64,000 bases of DNA from Nitrospiraceae bacterium (GCA_021373015.1 JAJFTJ010000005.1:225072-289071), one strand, 5' to 3'; shown: positions 1 through 9,923, numbered from the stretch's first letter. The notes: generated by a model not told the origin, from the sequence alone. Numbers and translations are program-made.

Positions 1-1375
1 TGTCTGCAAGGCTTAGTATTGTTCCTGTATCTGATTCAGGGATCTTTTCTCCGTGATAGTACTGCTCTGATAATGCCTGTGCAGCCTCTGTGTCTTCATT
101 GTCATGAACAGCATAGTATTTAGCCATTATCCCCTGAAGCTCGGGAAACTCTCTTACAACGCCTGTTATAAGATCTGTTTTGGAAAGCATTGCTGCTTCC
201 TCGCTTTTTTTCTTTAAGGAAGGATTGATTTTTGATGCAAGATAAACAGAGATGTTTTTAACTCTCAGTGTCTTGTCATATAATGTCCCTAGCTTGTCCT
301 GATATGTGACATTCTTCAAATCATTTACTCGAGACTTGAGGGTCTTCTTCTTGTCTTCTTCAAAATAAAATCTTGCGTCTTCAAATCTGGCCTTGATTAC
401 TCTTTCAGCTCCAGACTTGATATTATCTTTGTTATTCTCAGTTGTGTTACTTACAACTATAAAATGATTTGTCAGCCTGCCTGATCTGTCTTCTATTGCA
501 AAGTATTTTTGATGCTCTTTCATCACAGTAACAAGGAGTTCTTTTGGCAAATTAAGATATTCTTTTGGAAAAGCTGCAAGAACAGGCACGGGGTATTCCA
601 CGAGATTAGCTACATTCTCAATAAGGAGATCATCTTTTATAGGTCTTCCGTTAACAGATTCTGAGATGCTCTGAATTTTTTCAAAGATGATCTTTTTCCT
701 TTCCTCGAGGTCTACTATGACTTTGTTTTCAGAAAGCGATTGTACATAGCTGGAAATATCATTTATCTGGAACGAACCCTGTGACAGGAAGCGGTGTCCT
801 GCACTTATATTGTTGCTTGATATTCTGTCAATCTCAAACTTTATTATTTCATTGTCATGCAGTGCGCAAAGCCATCTTATAGGCCTCACGAATCTGATAT
901 TGTTATCTGCCCAGCGCATTGATTTCTGGAATTTCAGGGAAAATACAATCTTTTTCATAATCTCAGGAAGAAGGTCTTTTACATCAACGCCTTTTTCCTC
1001 TATAACAGCAACAATGTATTCTCCCTTGTCATTGCTTTTTATCACAAGGCTTTCAGGACTTACTTTCTGAGAACTTGCAAACCCTGTGGCTGCTTTTGTG
1101 AGACTGCCGTTCGCATCAATCGCAATTTTTTTAGGAGGGCCAAAGACTTCCCTTGTTCTGCTGTCCTGTTTCTTGCTCATGCCGTTAACAATAACAGCGA
1201 GCCTTCTTGGAGAGCCGTAAGTTTTTATATCGTCGAATTTTATACGGTTTTCTGTGAGAAGTGTCTTTGTATTTTCTCTCAGTTGTTCCATCCCAACAGG
1301 GATAAATCTGGCAGGAATGTCTTCTGTGCCGATCTCAAGAAGCAGTGATGAAAACTGGTTTGTAGCCTGAGCCAT
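1..1375 (-). CDS. glyS: Glycyl-tRNA synthetase beta subunit, N-terminal part (continues past the left edge)
   Basis: Not in the ORF track. My minus-strand translation from ATG at 1375..1373 reads MAQATNQFSSLLLEIGTEDIPARFIPVGMEQL...YGSPRRLAVIV...MRWADNNIRFVRPIRW and stays open to position 1. This is the conserved GlyS N-terminal pattern. Confidence 0.9.
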   Translation of the reverse strand, partial: MAQATNQFSSLLLEIGTEDIPARFIPVGMEQLRENTKTLLTENRIKFDDIKTYGSPRRLAVIVNGMSKKQDSRTREVFGPPKKIAIDANGSLTKAATGFASSQKVSPESLVIKSNDKGEYIVAVIEEKGVDVKDLLPEIMKKIVFSLKFQKSMRWADNNIRFVRPIRWLCALHDNEIIKFEIDRISSNNISAGHRFLSQGSFQINDISSYVQSLSENKVIVDLEERKKIIFEKIQSISESVNGRPIKDDLLIENVANLVEYPVPVLAAFPKEYLNLPKELLVTVMKEHQKYFAIEDRSGRLTNHFIVVSNTTENNKDNIKSGAERVIKARFEDARFYFEEDKKKTLKSRVNDLKNVTYQDKLGTLYDKTLRVKNISVYLASKINPSLKKKSEEAAMLSKTDLITGVVREFPELQGIMAKYYAVHDNEDTEAAQALSEQYYHGEKIPESDTGTILSLAD

Positions 1376-1437
1376 TAGTTACCTCTTCCTGCATGAAAAA
1401 TTTAAAAGCATAACATTATAACCTTACAAAAGAGTGA

Positions 1438-1466
1438 TTGACAAGGGAAGTTTGGTTTGTTAGCAT
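1438..1466 (+). promoter_or_regulatory. Candidate sigma70-type promoter for the 1485 ORF
   Basis: TTGACA (1438-1443), 17-nt spacer, TAGCAT (1461-1466). A GGAGGG Shine-Dalgarno lies just before ATG 1485. Confidence 0.3.
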
Positions 1467-1484
1467 TTTTCTCTGGAGGGAACA

Positions 1485-2231
1485 ATGAAAAAGTTTTTTA
1501 ACTGGCAGGTTGTTTTAGGTTTATCATTAATATCGCTTTCAGCTCTCATATATTTTATCCATTATCTGATATTCAGAGATTCCCATCACATATTTATTTA
1601 TATGCTTGGCGAGATAGCCTTTGTTCCGATCGAGGTATTGCTTGTTACACTGATTATTCATCGTCTGCTAAGTATGAGAGAAAAACGTTCATTGCTTAAA
1701 AAGATGAATATGGTAATAGGCGCATTTTTCAGCGAAGTAGGGATATCGTTATTAAAATCATTCTCGTCATTTGACAGCCAGTCTGAAAAGACCAGAAATA
1801 AATTAATTGTAGACAATAACTGGACTAACAAAGAATTTATAAGCAGACATGCATATTTTGAAAAATATGACTGTAAAATCGAATGCACCTATAATGACAT
1901 AAAAAATCTGAGAAATTTTCTCGAAAATAAAAGGGGATTTTTGCTGGGACTTCTGCAGAATCCAAATCTTCTTGAGCATGAATCATTTACTGATATTCTT
2001 TGGGCAGTATTTCATTTAACAGAGGAATTAACAAATAGGAATGATGTCTCGAATCTGACGCATGCAGATCATGAGCACCTGCTGATAGATATTAAAAGGG
2101 TGTATATAAGACTGATAGTCGGATGGATATCATACATGATGCATCTTAAGGCAGATTATCCCTATCTCTTCTCAATGGCGATAAGAATGAATCCTTTTGA
2201 TAAAAATGCTTTAGTGGAGATTAAGGGATAA
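1485..2231 (+). CDS. Hypothetical membrane protein (two N-terminal TM helices plus a soluble domain), family not recognised
   Basis: 248-aa ORF with a GGAGGG RBS. Hydrophobic N-terminus WQVVLGLSLISLSALIYFIHYLIF and IAFVPIEVLLVTLIIHRLL. Sits on the opposite strand between glyQ and glyS. Confidence 0.6.
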   Translation: MKKFFNWQVVLGLSLISLSALIYFIHYLIFRDSHHIFIYMLGEIAFVPIEVLLVTLIIHRLLSMREKRSLLKKMNMVIGAFFSEVGISLLKSFSSFDSQSEKTRNKLIVDNNWTNKEFISRHAYFEKYDCKIECTYNDIKNLRNFLENKRGFLLGLLQNPNLLEHESFTDILWAVFHLTEELTNRNDVSNLTHADHEHLLIDIKRVYIRLIVGWISYMMHLKADYPYLFSMAIRMNPFDKNALVEIKG

Positions 2232-3104
2232 TTAGAAGCTTTTAAGAAGCGGGAAGCCCATTTCTTCTCTCTGCTTTAAATAGGCATTTGCGCAGAGTCT
2301 TGCAAGTGTTCTTACTTTTGCAATATAACCAGTCCTCTCTGTAACAGAGATAGCGCCTCTTGCATCAAGCAGATTGAATGTATGAGAGCATTTTAAACAA
2401 AACTCATAAGACGGCAGAACAAGACCGATATCATTTAATCTTTTGCATTCTTTTTCGTAATCATTAAACTGCCGCATGAGAAGCTTTGTGTCAGCGTAGT
2501 CGAAATTATATTTTGAAAACTCAACCTCATCGATATGATGAATATCCCGGTATTTAATCCCTTCGCACCAGTCGAGATTGTAGACATTGTCAACATTCTG
2601 AAGATACATTGTGATTCGTTCGATCCCGTAAGTTATTTCTAGTGAAACAGGTTTAAGATCAATTCCTCCAACTTGCTGGAAATATGTGAATTGTGTAATC
2701 TCCATCCCGTCAAGCCATACTTCCCATCCAAGCCCCCATGCGCCGAGTGTAGGAGACTCCCAGTCATCCTCTACAAAGCGTATGTCATGTTTTCCGGGGT
2801 CAATGCCAATATATCTCAGGCTTTCAAGGTAGACCTCTTGGCTGTTTTCAGGAGAGGGCTTGAGTATTACTTGATACTGATAATAGTGCTGCAATCTGTT
2901 CGGGTTTTCCCCATATCTTCCGTCTGTAGGTCTTCTTGAAGGTTCGACATATGCTGTTTTCCAAGGCTCAGGACCAATGACCTTGAAAAATGTTGCAGGG
3001 TGGAATGTACCTGCGCCAACTTCGATATCATATGGCTGGAGAAGAACGCATCCCTTCTTTGCCCAGAATTCATTAAGCTTTTGTATTACATCCTGAAAAT
3101 ACAT
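2232..3104 (-). CDS. glyQ: Glycyl-tRNA synthetase alpha subunit
   Basis: [39 protein letters not shown] is the classic GlyQ N-terminus. I prefer ATG 3104 (GAGG 5 nt upstream) over the track start at 3116. Confidence 0.95.
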   Translation of the reverse strand: MYFQDVIQKLNEFWAKKGCVLLQPYDIEVGAGTFHPATFFKVIGPEPWKTAYVEPSRRPTDGRYGENPNRLQHYYQYQVILKPSPENSQEVYLESLRYIGIDPGKHDIRFVEDDWESPTLGAWGLGWEVWLDGMEITQFTYFQQVGGIDLKPVSLEITYGIERITMYLQNVDNVYNLDWCEGIKYRDIHHIDEVEFSKYNFDYADTKLLMRQFNDYEKECKRLNDIGLVLPSYEFCLKCSHTFNLLDARGAISVTERTGYIAKVRTLARLCANAYLKQREEMGFPLLKSF

Positions 3105-3220
3105 ATTACCTCTCATGAAAAGTTTTCTGGATTATATCAGACACATATTGGAATCGTCAAAGATTAGTGTCGTTATAGTTTTTTAGGTAACTGTCAGTTC
3201 TGATTATTTCTTATGTTATA

Positions 3221-4291
3221 ATGTCTTTCATGAGCAAAAAACTTTTTATGCGCGGCAATGAAGTGATTGCAGAAGCTGCAATTGCAGCAGGCTGCCGTTT
3301 TTATGCTGGCTATCCGATCACTCCGCAGAATGAGATACCTGAATATCTCTCATGGCGCATGGAGGAAGTAAACGGGGTATTCATACAGGCAGAGAGCGAG
3401 CTTTCTGCTATAAATATGGTCTTCGGAGCTTCTGCATGCGGACAGCGTGCAATGACCTCATCAAGCAGTCCGGGAATAAGCCTGAAACAAGAAGGCATAT
3501 CTTATTTATGCGGCGCTGAACTTCCGGCAGTTATTGTGAATATGCAGAGGGGAGGGCCTGGATTAGGGAACATCTCCGGCAGTCAGGCTGATTATTTTCA
3601 GGCAGTAAAAGGCGGCGGCCACGGAGACTATCATATGCTTGTTTATGCTCCCTTTAATCTGCAGGAACTCTGGGATCTTACTATGCTTGCTTTTGACAAG
3701 GCGGATGAATATAGAACTCCTGTAATGATTCTTGGAGACGGGATTCTCGGACAGATGATGGAGCCGTTCACGCCAACACCGTATATCAAACCTGAACTTT
3801 CGCCAAAGACATGGGCATTGACCGGATGTGCTGACAGAGAGCCTAATGTTATTAAATCACTATATATGGGTGAGGGCGAACTTGAATCTAGAAACAATAT
3901 ACTTCAGGATAAATACCAAAAAATGAAATATAAAGAGACAAGATGCGAAACGCTGAATGTTGATGATGCTGAAACAATAGTTGTTGCATACGGAATTGCG
4001 GCAAGGGTTGCTTTATCAGCAGTGAACAGACTGAGAAAAGAAGGAGTTAAGATTGGATTTTTCAGACCGATTACTTTATTCCCATTTCCTGAAGAGGAAC
4101 TTGGATCTCTGTCTTTTCCTGGCAGAAAATTCCTGACAGTAGAACTGAACGCTGGCCAGATGGTCGAGGATGTAAGACTTGCAGTAAATGGCAGGTCTGA
4201 AGTTTCATTCTACGGCAGGACAGGCGGTGCAATGATGACGCCTGAAGAAGTATATGATGTTTTGAGTAAAAAACACACCTTAAAAAATTAG
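3221..4291 (+). CDS. 2-oxoacid:ferredoxin oxidoreductase, alpha subunit (KorA/PorA-like)
   Basis: GNEVIAEAAIAAGCRFYAGYPITPQNEI...QAESELSAINMVFGASACGQRAMTSSSSPG matches the alpha-subunit pattern. No beta (TPP-binding) subunit is adjacent. Confidence 0.8.
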   Translation: MSFMSKKLFMRGNEVIAEAAIAAGCRFYAGYPITPQNEIPEYLSWRMEEVNGVFIQAESELSAINMVFGASACGQRAMTSSSSPGISLKQEGISYLCGAELPAVIVNMQRGGPGLGNISGSQADYFQAVKGGGHGDYHMLVYAPFNLQELWDLTMLAFDKADEYRTPVMILGDGILGQMMEPFTPTPYIKPELSPKTWALTGCADREPNVIKSLYMGEGELESRNNILQDKYQKMKYKETRCETLNVDDAETIVVAYGIAARVALSAVNRLRKEGVKIGFFRPITLFPFPEEELGSLSFPGRKFLTVELNAGQMVEDVRLAVNGRSEVSFYGRTGGAMMTPEEVYDVLSKKHTLKN

Positions 4292-4392
4292 CTCCTATTA
4301 TTTTCCAAATTTGACTTTGCCTTTAGTTTTTTGATAGCCTCTTAGATGAAAGTGCCATTATTACAGTTATTTTTTGTAAAACGGAGGTCATT

Positions 4393-5436
4393 ATGAAAAA
4401 AGTAACTTTGATGTTAATCGCAGTATGTTTAATAGCATTTATTGCTCCGGTTTACGCTGCTGTTGGAAAGATTTCAAAAACAAACGGCGAAGTTCTCTTC
4501 AGAACCAAGGCGAATATTCCTTATCAGAAGGCAAAAGAAGGATCTGGACTTGAAGTCGGCTATTGGGTAAAAACAGGCAAAGATGGATGGGCAAAACTTT
4601 TATTGGCTGATGGAAGCACTTTTACTCTTGCCAATAACACTGAACTTGAGATAGATAAATTTCTTCTTTCCAGTACAAAGAAAGAAGGTATTTTCAGCCT
4701 TGCGCAAGGAAAGCTTAGGGCTACTGTCACAAAGATTGCAGGCCAGCAGACAGATTATAAAGTAAAAAGCCCTACTGCTGTTGCAGGAATAAAGGGCACA
4801 GAATTCATGATGATGAGCCAGGGATATGCAAACGTTCTCTTTGGCAATGAAGGAACTGCAGATATATCAGGAGCAGCAGGTGTCGATAAACCTTTAACAA
4901 CAGACACAATGGTGCAGAACACAAGAGGCTTCACTCCTATTGATCCAATTAAAGTTGAAAAGAATACTCCTTTATATACAGCAAAAAAATATTTTGATTC
5001 CATTACTGCGTCAAAACCGCCGAAAGAATGGGAAACATCAGGAAATCTTCCTCATATAATTGCAAGATGGAATATAAATTACGGTCATTATCTTGCTGAT
5101 GTAGGGAAATACGAAGAGGCTCTTTATATTTTTCAGATCTCGATTGATCTTTCGGATAATTCAGACATCAGAAGCGATGCAAGACTGGAGAGGGGGGCTG
5201 TATACTCAAGGTTTTTGAATAACAGCGAAGCAGCGCTTGCAGAATACCTTCTTGTTCTCGAGGAGTACCCTGACAATCCAAAGAGAGAAAATGCCTTATA
5301 CCTGACAGGTATGCTTTTATACGAGATGGGTTTCACAAAAAAGGCAAAGGAGAGATTGCAGCAGTATATAAAAGATTTTCCGTCCGGCAAGAATGCCGGC
5401 AATGTAGAGACTATTCTTAAAACGATAAAAGAATAG
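4393..5436 (+). CDS. Exported FecR-domain protein with C-terminal TPR-like region
   Basis: Signal peptide MKKVTLMLIAVCLIAFIAPVYA. FecR-like GEVLFRTK...GLEVGYWVKTGKDGWAKLLLADGSTFTLANNTELEI. C-terminal helical repeats. Confidence 0.75.
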   Translation: MKKVTLMLIAVCLIAFIAPVYAAVGKISKTNGEVLFRTKANIPYQKAKEGSGLEVGYWVKTGKDGWAKLLLADGSTFTLANNTELEIDKFLLSSTKKEGIFSLAQGKLRATVTKIAGQQTDYKVKSPTAVAGIKGTEFMMMSQGYANVLFGNEGTADISGAAGVDKPLTTDTMVQNTRGFTPIDPIKVEKNTPLYTAKKYFDSITASKPPKEWETSGNLPHIIARWNINYGHYLADVGKYEEALYIFQISIDLSDNSDIRSDARLERGAVYSRFLNNSEAALAEYLLVLEEYPDNPKRENALYLTGMLLYEMGFTKKAKERLQQYIKDFPSGKNAGNVETILKTIKE

Positions 5437-5475
5437 ATAATCTTTATATGAAAATATGATACTGGCACAGCACAA

Positions 5476-7572
5476 ATGAAATATTCCAAGCTTCTGCAAT
5501 TCATTGCCATTGGCATTATTGCTGCAATTGCCACTTTTCTTTTCTATAGACAAAAGGTGGATTTTCTTGAGGCTGTTGATCTTAAATTGAAAGATGCAAG
5601 ATTCAAGATAAGAAAAACTATTCAGCCTGATAACAGAATTGTAATAGTAGCAATTGATTCAAAGAGCGTTAATGAAATTGGCAGATGGCCTTGGAAACGT
5701 TCAGTTATGGCAGAACTTTTGGACAGCCTGAAAGAATACGGGGTTAAAGTCTCTGCCCTCGATATTGTCTTTTCTGAAACCTCAGACAAGAAAGACGACG
5801 AGATACTATCAAAATCAATAAAGAAAAACGGGAATGTGATATTAGGTTATTTTTTCAGGGATGAAGAAGAAAAACCGGATACAGAAGCAATCTCACAGCT
5901 GCAATCCTCGAAAATAAAACTTGTCAGAATCCAAGAAGGTGTTACATCAGTCCCAATATCAGAACGGCCTTTTATTGAAGCAAATATACCTCTTATAGGC
6001 CAAGGAGCATTGGATTTTGGATTTTTTAATACTGATCCCGACCCTGATGGTCTTGTCAGAAAAGCGAGTCTTCTTATGCTTTATCAGGGCGAGATATATC
6101 CTTCGCTTGCATTAAAGGCATTGAGGCATTATACGGAAAAAGAGATAATGCTGGACATTGCATCTTTTGGCGTATCTACACTAAGGCTAGGGCAGATGTC
6201 TATTCCTTCGAATGAGAGCGGTAAGCTTGTCGTCAATTATTACGGCAGGGGGGGAACCTTCACTACATTGTCTGCAGTAGACGTAATAAAAAAGAGAATT
6301 AAGAAAAATGATCTGGAAAATAAAATCGTGTTTATCGGCGCAACTGAAGTCGGGATCTATGACATGAGAGCAACCCCTGTGCAATCAGCTTTTCCCGGCG
6401 TGGAGATTCACGCTACTGTTGCGTCAAGTGTTTTACAAGAGAGATTTATAATAAGAGATACAAGAATCATCGGTATCGAAATGCTCTGTTTATTTTTATT
6501 GCCTGTAATCCTGGTCTTAATTCTAGGTTTTCTCAGAAATGGTTTTCTCGGTTTGATGGCCTTTATTCTTCTTATTTTCGCGTATGCGTTTTTAAATTAC
6601 TCGTTATTTAAAACATACTCGATCGATATGAGCGTACTCTATCCTTTATCATCAACGGCAATAGCCTTTGTCGGAGCTGAAGCATACAGGAATCTGGTTT
6701 TCGAAAAAAAGAACCGATACTTAAAAAAAGCGTTTTCAAGTTACATTTCTCCTGAACTGGTGAGTGAGATAATAAAGAATCCTGACAGGCTCTCACTTGG
6801 CGGAGCAAAGAAAGAAGTAACAATACTTTTTTCTGATATCAGAGGATTCACAGGAATATCTGAAAAGCTTCAGCCTGATGTGCTTGTATCGCTTCTTAAT
6901 GAGTATTTAGGCCCGATGACAAAGGTGGTTTTGAAAAACAACGGGACACTTGATAAATATATTGGAGATGCAATAATGACAATATACAATGCGCCTCTTG
7001 ATGTTCCTGACCACCCATTAAAGGCATGCCAGACAGCAGTAGAAATGCTGAGTGAACTTAATATTATCAATGAAAGCTTCAAGGAAAATGGATTGCCGAA
7101 TATTAATATTGGCATCGGCATAAACACAGGCTATGCAGTAGTCGGCAATATGGGAGCTGACATGAGATTTGATTATACTGCGATCGGTGATACTGTAAAT
7201 CTTGCTTCGAGGCTCGAAGGCCAGAATAAATATTACGGCACTCACATTATACTCAGCGAATACACAGCACATAGGGTAAAGTACAAATTCATACTAAGAG
7301 AACTGGATCTTCTTAAAGTTGTAGGCAAGGAAAAACCAGTAGCTATTTTTGAACTTATGACAGAACAGAATGAAAAACTTGCTGAAGAATTTTCCAAGTC
7401 TCTGAAATTTTACAGGGGAAAAGAGTTCAAAAAAGCCCTAGCTTCGTTTAAAAAGCTTTCGACTGAACATAATGATAACGTGTCAAAAATGTATGCTGAT
7501 AGATGCAATGAATATATAAAAAATCCTCCTTCCGACAGCTGGGATGGGATATTTATATCAATGAAAAAGTAA
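5476..7572 (+). CDS. CHASE2 sensor-domain class III adenylate/guanylate cyclase
   Basis: CHASE2 signature IVIVAIDSKSVNEIGRWPWKRSVMAELLDSL...ALDIVFSE. TM helices around residues 330-400. Cyclase core VTILFSDIRGFTGISE...LDKYIGDAIMTIYNAP...GDTVNLASRLE. Confidence 0.9.
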   Translation: MKYSKLLQFIAIGIIAAIATFLFYRQKVDFLEAVDLKLKDARFKIRKTIQPDNRIVIVAIDSKSVNEIGRWPWKRSVMAELLDSLKEYGVKVSALDIVFSETSDKKDDEILSKSIKKNGNVILGYFFRDEEEKPDTEAISQLQSSKIKLVRIQEGVTSVPISERPFIEANIPLIGQGALDFGFFNTDPDPDGLVRKASLLMLYQGEIYPSLALKALRHYTEKEIMLDIASFGVSTLRLGQMSIPSNESGKLVVNYYGRGGTFTTLSAVDVIKKRIKKNDLENKIVFIGATEVGIYDMRATPVQSAFPGVEIHATVASSVLQERFIIRDTRIIGIEMLCLFLLPVILVLILGFLRNGFLGLMAFILLIFAYAFLNYSLFKTYSIDMSVLYPLSSTAIAFVGAEAYRNLVFEKKNRYLKKAFSSYISPELVSEIIKNPDRLSLGGAKKEVTILFSDIRGFTGISEKLQPDVLVSLLNEYLGPMTKVVLKNNGTLDKYIGDAIMTIYNAPLDVPDHPLKACQTAVEMLSELNIINESFKENGLPNINIGIGINTGYAVVGNMGADMRFDYTAIGDTVNLASRLEGQNKYYGTHIILSEYTAHRVKYKFILRELDLLKVVGKEKPVAIFELMTEQNEKLAEEFSKSLKFYRGKEFKKALASFKKLSTEHNDNVSKMYADRCNEYIKNPPSDSWDGIFISMKK

Positions 7573-7619
7573 GAACTGATTAATTGACAGGCACAGTTTC
7601 TTTTTGTTAAGGTGTACTG

Positions 7620-8408
7620 ATGAAAAAAATCATTCTTATCTTTCTTTTTTTCTGGTGCTTCCTCTTGGTCAAGGACGCTGGCGCATATGATATAAAAGGT
7701 ATTCAACCAATTTCACCGTATGGAATTTTTTCAACATTTACAACTGACAGTCCGCAAAAAGGAAAATCTGCAGCAGGGATCAGTATCGAGAAATCGGCAG
7801 ATGTAAGTTATTACAATTATCTTTTACAGTATTCATATGGAATCAAAGATAATATCGAAATTACCTCAACATTGCCTTATGTGCATGATTATCAGGGGGA
7901 ATCCGGCTATGAAGATTTTGCATTAGGAATCAAGCATAGATTTTCTGATGAAGGAAAGTATGACCCGTCATTAGCTTATATGATCAATGTTTCTTTGAAT
8001 TCTGGCAGACAGGAATTTAGTACAGACGGGAGAATAGGCGGAGGGTTTATCATGAGCAAAAAAGTCGGCCCTGTCAGCGGCCACCTTAATGCATTTTATG
8101 AGAAAGCTGCATCTGGTAATCTCAAGGATGAACTTATCTTTTCAGCAGGATTTGATTTCTCAGCTGCTCATAATTTCAAGGTAATCGGAGAAATATATTC
8201 AAAGGCAACCAATGATTTTCATAAATTCGATCAGATTGAAGGAAGACTTGGATATAGATTCATAATTGCTGAGAACATATTTACGACAATCGGCATCGGC
8301 ACTGATTTTAAAGACAGAAATCCGGAATACAGATTGCTCTTTTCTCTGGCAATAACTTTTCCAAAAGAGAAAAGGCCGATAAAAACTATTTACGAAGAAG
8401 AAAAGTAG
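7620..8408 (+). CDS. Outer-membrane beta-barrel protein (MetA/phenol-pathway-type transporter-like)
   Basis: Signal peptide followed by alternating beta-strand pattern across 262 aa. Family assigned by resemblance only. Confidence 0.55.
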   Translation: MKKIILIFLFFWCFLLVKDAGAYDIKGIQPISPYGIFSTFTTDSPQKGKSAAGISIEKSADVSYYNYLLQYSYGIKDNIEITSTLPYVHDYQGESGYEDFALGIKHRFSDEGKYDPSLAYMINVSLNSGRQEFSTDGRIGGGFIMSKKVGPVSGHLNAFYEKAASGNLKDELIFSAGFDFSAAHNFKVIGEIYSKATNDFHKFDQIEGRLGYRFIIAENIFTTIGIGTDFKDRNPEYRLLFSLAITFPKEKRPIKTIYEEEK

Positions 8409-8437
8409 AAATCGGACAACACAGGAGATTTTAAATA

Positions 8438-8761
8438 ATGTTTGATATAGGTATGCAGGAATTAATAGTGATATTTGTTGTTGCACTTCTGGTTTTTGGT
8501 CCGAAAAGACTTCCTGAACTTGGCAAGACACTGGGCAAGACACTGACTGATGTCAGGAGGGCTATGTATAGTGTCAAGGAACAGATGGATTCTGAGCTTC
8601 GTGAAGTTAAGGAACCTATTTCATCTGAAACACTGGACAGGATCAATAAAGAAATAAATGAAATAGCTGAAGCTTATCCTGTAATTGATTCTCAGCAAAA
8701 AGAAAAAGCAGCGAAAGAAGACAAGAAAAAAAACAACAAGAAAGACGAAAAAGCTTCATAA
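8438..8761 (+). CDS. tatA: Twin-arginine translocase TatA/TatB-family protein
   Basis: MFDIGMQELIVIFVVALLVFGPKRLPELGKTLGK is the TatA/B N-terminal TM plus amphipathic helix. Lys-rich tail. CAGGAG RBS. Confidence 0.85.
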   Translation: MFDIGMQELIVIFVVALLVFGPKRLPELGKTLGKTLTDVRRAMYSVKEQMDSELREVKEPISSETLDRINKEINEIAEAYPVIDSQQKEKAAKEDKKKNNKKDEKAS

Positions 8762-8806
8762 GGAAACATATTCCTTAATTTTTAATTCTGAAAGAGGTTG
8801 ACCCCA

Positions 8807-9616
8807 ATGCTTAATGATTTCAAAATGCCGTTGACAGAGCACCTTGTTGATCTTAGAAAAAGAATTTTAATATCTATTTCTTCTTTGTTTGCTATTTTTT
8901 TGGTAGCATTTAATTATTCCGAAGAATTGTTTAATGCTATGATTTTCCCTCTTAAGTACACCATGTTGTTTTCAATAAACAGTCCTTTTGTCAGCATTAT
9001 CCCTCAGGAGAAACTTCCGCAAACGGTAAAGTTGGTATTCCTGGCTCCTGCCGAGGCTTTCTGGATGAACATGAAAATTGCTATGGTTGCTTCTGTTATA
9101 GTCGGACTTCCTGTAATATTCTCACAAATCTGGAAATTTATATCTCCGGGTCTTCTGCAAAAAGAAAAAAAATATGTACTACCGTTTATATGTGCTGCGA
9201 CAGTGCTTTTTTTGATCGGGGCAGCATTCTGTTTTTTTGTGGTTTTACCGTTTGCTCTTGGATTTTTGCTTACTTATAAAGTCGGCGATATTTTGATGCC
9301 TATGCTTTCTGTAGGGCAGTATATGGATTTTTGCATTAAGTTTTTGCTGGCTTTCGGCGCAATTTTTGAGCTTCCGATTTTAATAATTTTTGCAATACGT
9401 ATCGGCCTTGTTACACCTGCTGCTCTTGCTAAGAACAGAAAATACGCTATCCTCATAGCTTTTATCGTAGCTGCAATTCTCACCCCAACGCCTGATGCAT
9501 TTAATCAAGTTCTTATGGCAGTGCCGATTATTGTTCTTTATGAAGCAGGCATACTTATAGCAAGAATTTTTTTCAGGAAACAGGTAAAGGCAGAGGCAGG
9601 GGATGAGTCTAAGTAG
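8807..9616 (+). CDS. tatC: Twin-arginine translocase subunit TatC
   Basis: MPLTEHLVDLRKRILISI start motif and six hydrophobic segments. The track start at 8798 is TTG; ATG 8807 has better spacing from AAGAGG. Confidence 0.9.
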   Translation: MLNDFKMPLTEHLVDLRKRILISISSLFAIFLVAFNYSEELFNAMIFPLKYTMLFSINSPFVSIIPQEKLPQTVKLVFLAPAEAFWMNMKIAMVASVIVGLPVIFSQIWKFISPGLLQKEKKYVLPFICAATVLFLIGAAFCFFVVLPFALGFLLTYKVGDILMPMLSVGQYMDFCIKFLLAFGAIFELPILIIFAIRIGLVTPAALAKNRKYAILIAFIVAAILTPTPDAFNQVLMAVPIIVLYEAGILIARIFFRKQVKAEAGDESK

Positions 9617-9887
9617 CATACGCGGAAAAAGTTTAAAGGCAGTAGCATTGGATATAGCTGACAGCTATATTACAGTCAATCCATTGTTTTTAAAGCCGCT
9701 TGATGAAGAATCGCTTACAGGAATTTATCATGAGATAATTCAGGTTCAGGTATTAATACGAAGCGAAAAAATTCCCGTAAACGATATACAGTCAATAAGA
9801 ATGAGAAATGTAAGATTACAAAGGCTACAGTCTGCTATTATGATAATCAAAAATTTTGCACGGGAAAGAAGGATACTCCTTGTCTGA
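9603..9887 (+). CDS. Hypothetical 94-aa protein
   Basis: ATG preceded by GAGGCAGGGG. Overlaps the tatC end by 14 nt. No family recognised. Confidence 0.4.
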   Translation: MSLSSIRGKSLKAVALDIADSYITVNPLFLKPLDEESLTGIYHEIIQVQVLIRSEKIPVNDIQSIRMRNVRLQRLQSAIMIIKNFARERRILLV

Positions 9888-9888
9888 T

Positions 9889-9917
9889 TTGACACGTGAT
9901 ATTCCTTATGATAAATT
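9889..9917 (+). promoter_or_regulatory. Candidate sigma70-type promoter; geometry suggests a leaderless transcript for the 9924 ORF
   Basis: TTGACA (9889-9894), 17 nt, TAAATT (9912-9917). ATG 9924 begins 7 nt after the -10 box and has no Shine-Dalgarno. Confidence 0.4.
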
Positions 9918-9923
9918 TTCATA

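Noticed and set aside
810-1070. 86-aa plus-strand ORF, the only track entry in the first 1.4 kb
   Set aside because: The minus strand here encodes an uninterrupted GlyS N-terminal region. The plus-strand ORF is an antisense artefact.
8522-8545. Perfect 12-bp tandem duplication GGCAAGACACTG x2 inside tatA, encoding GKTLGKTL
   Set aside because: It is real in the sequence, but the G-K-x-L-G-K pattern is normal for the TatA hinge/amphipathic helix. It is an in-frame slippage of no obvious consequence.
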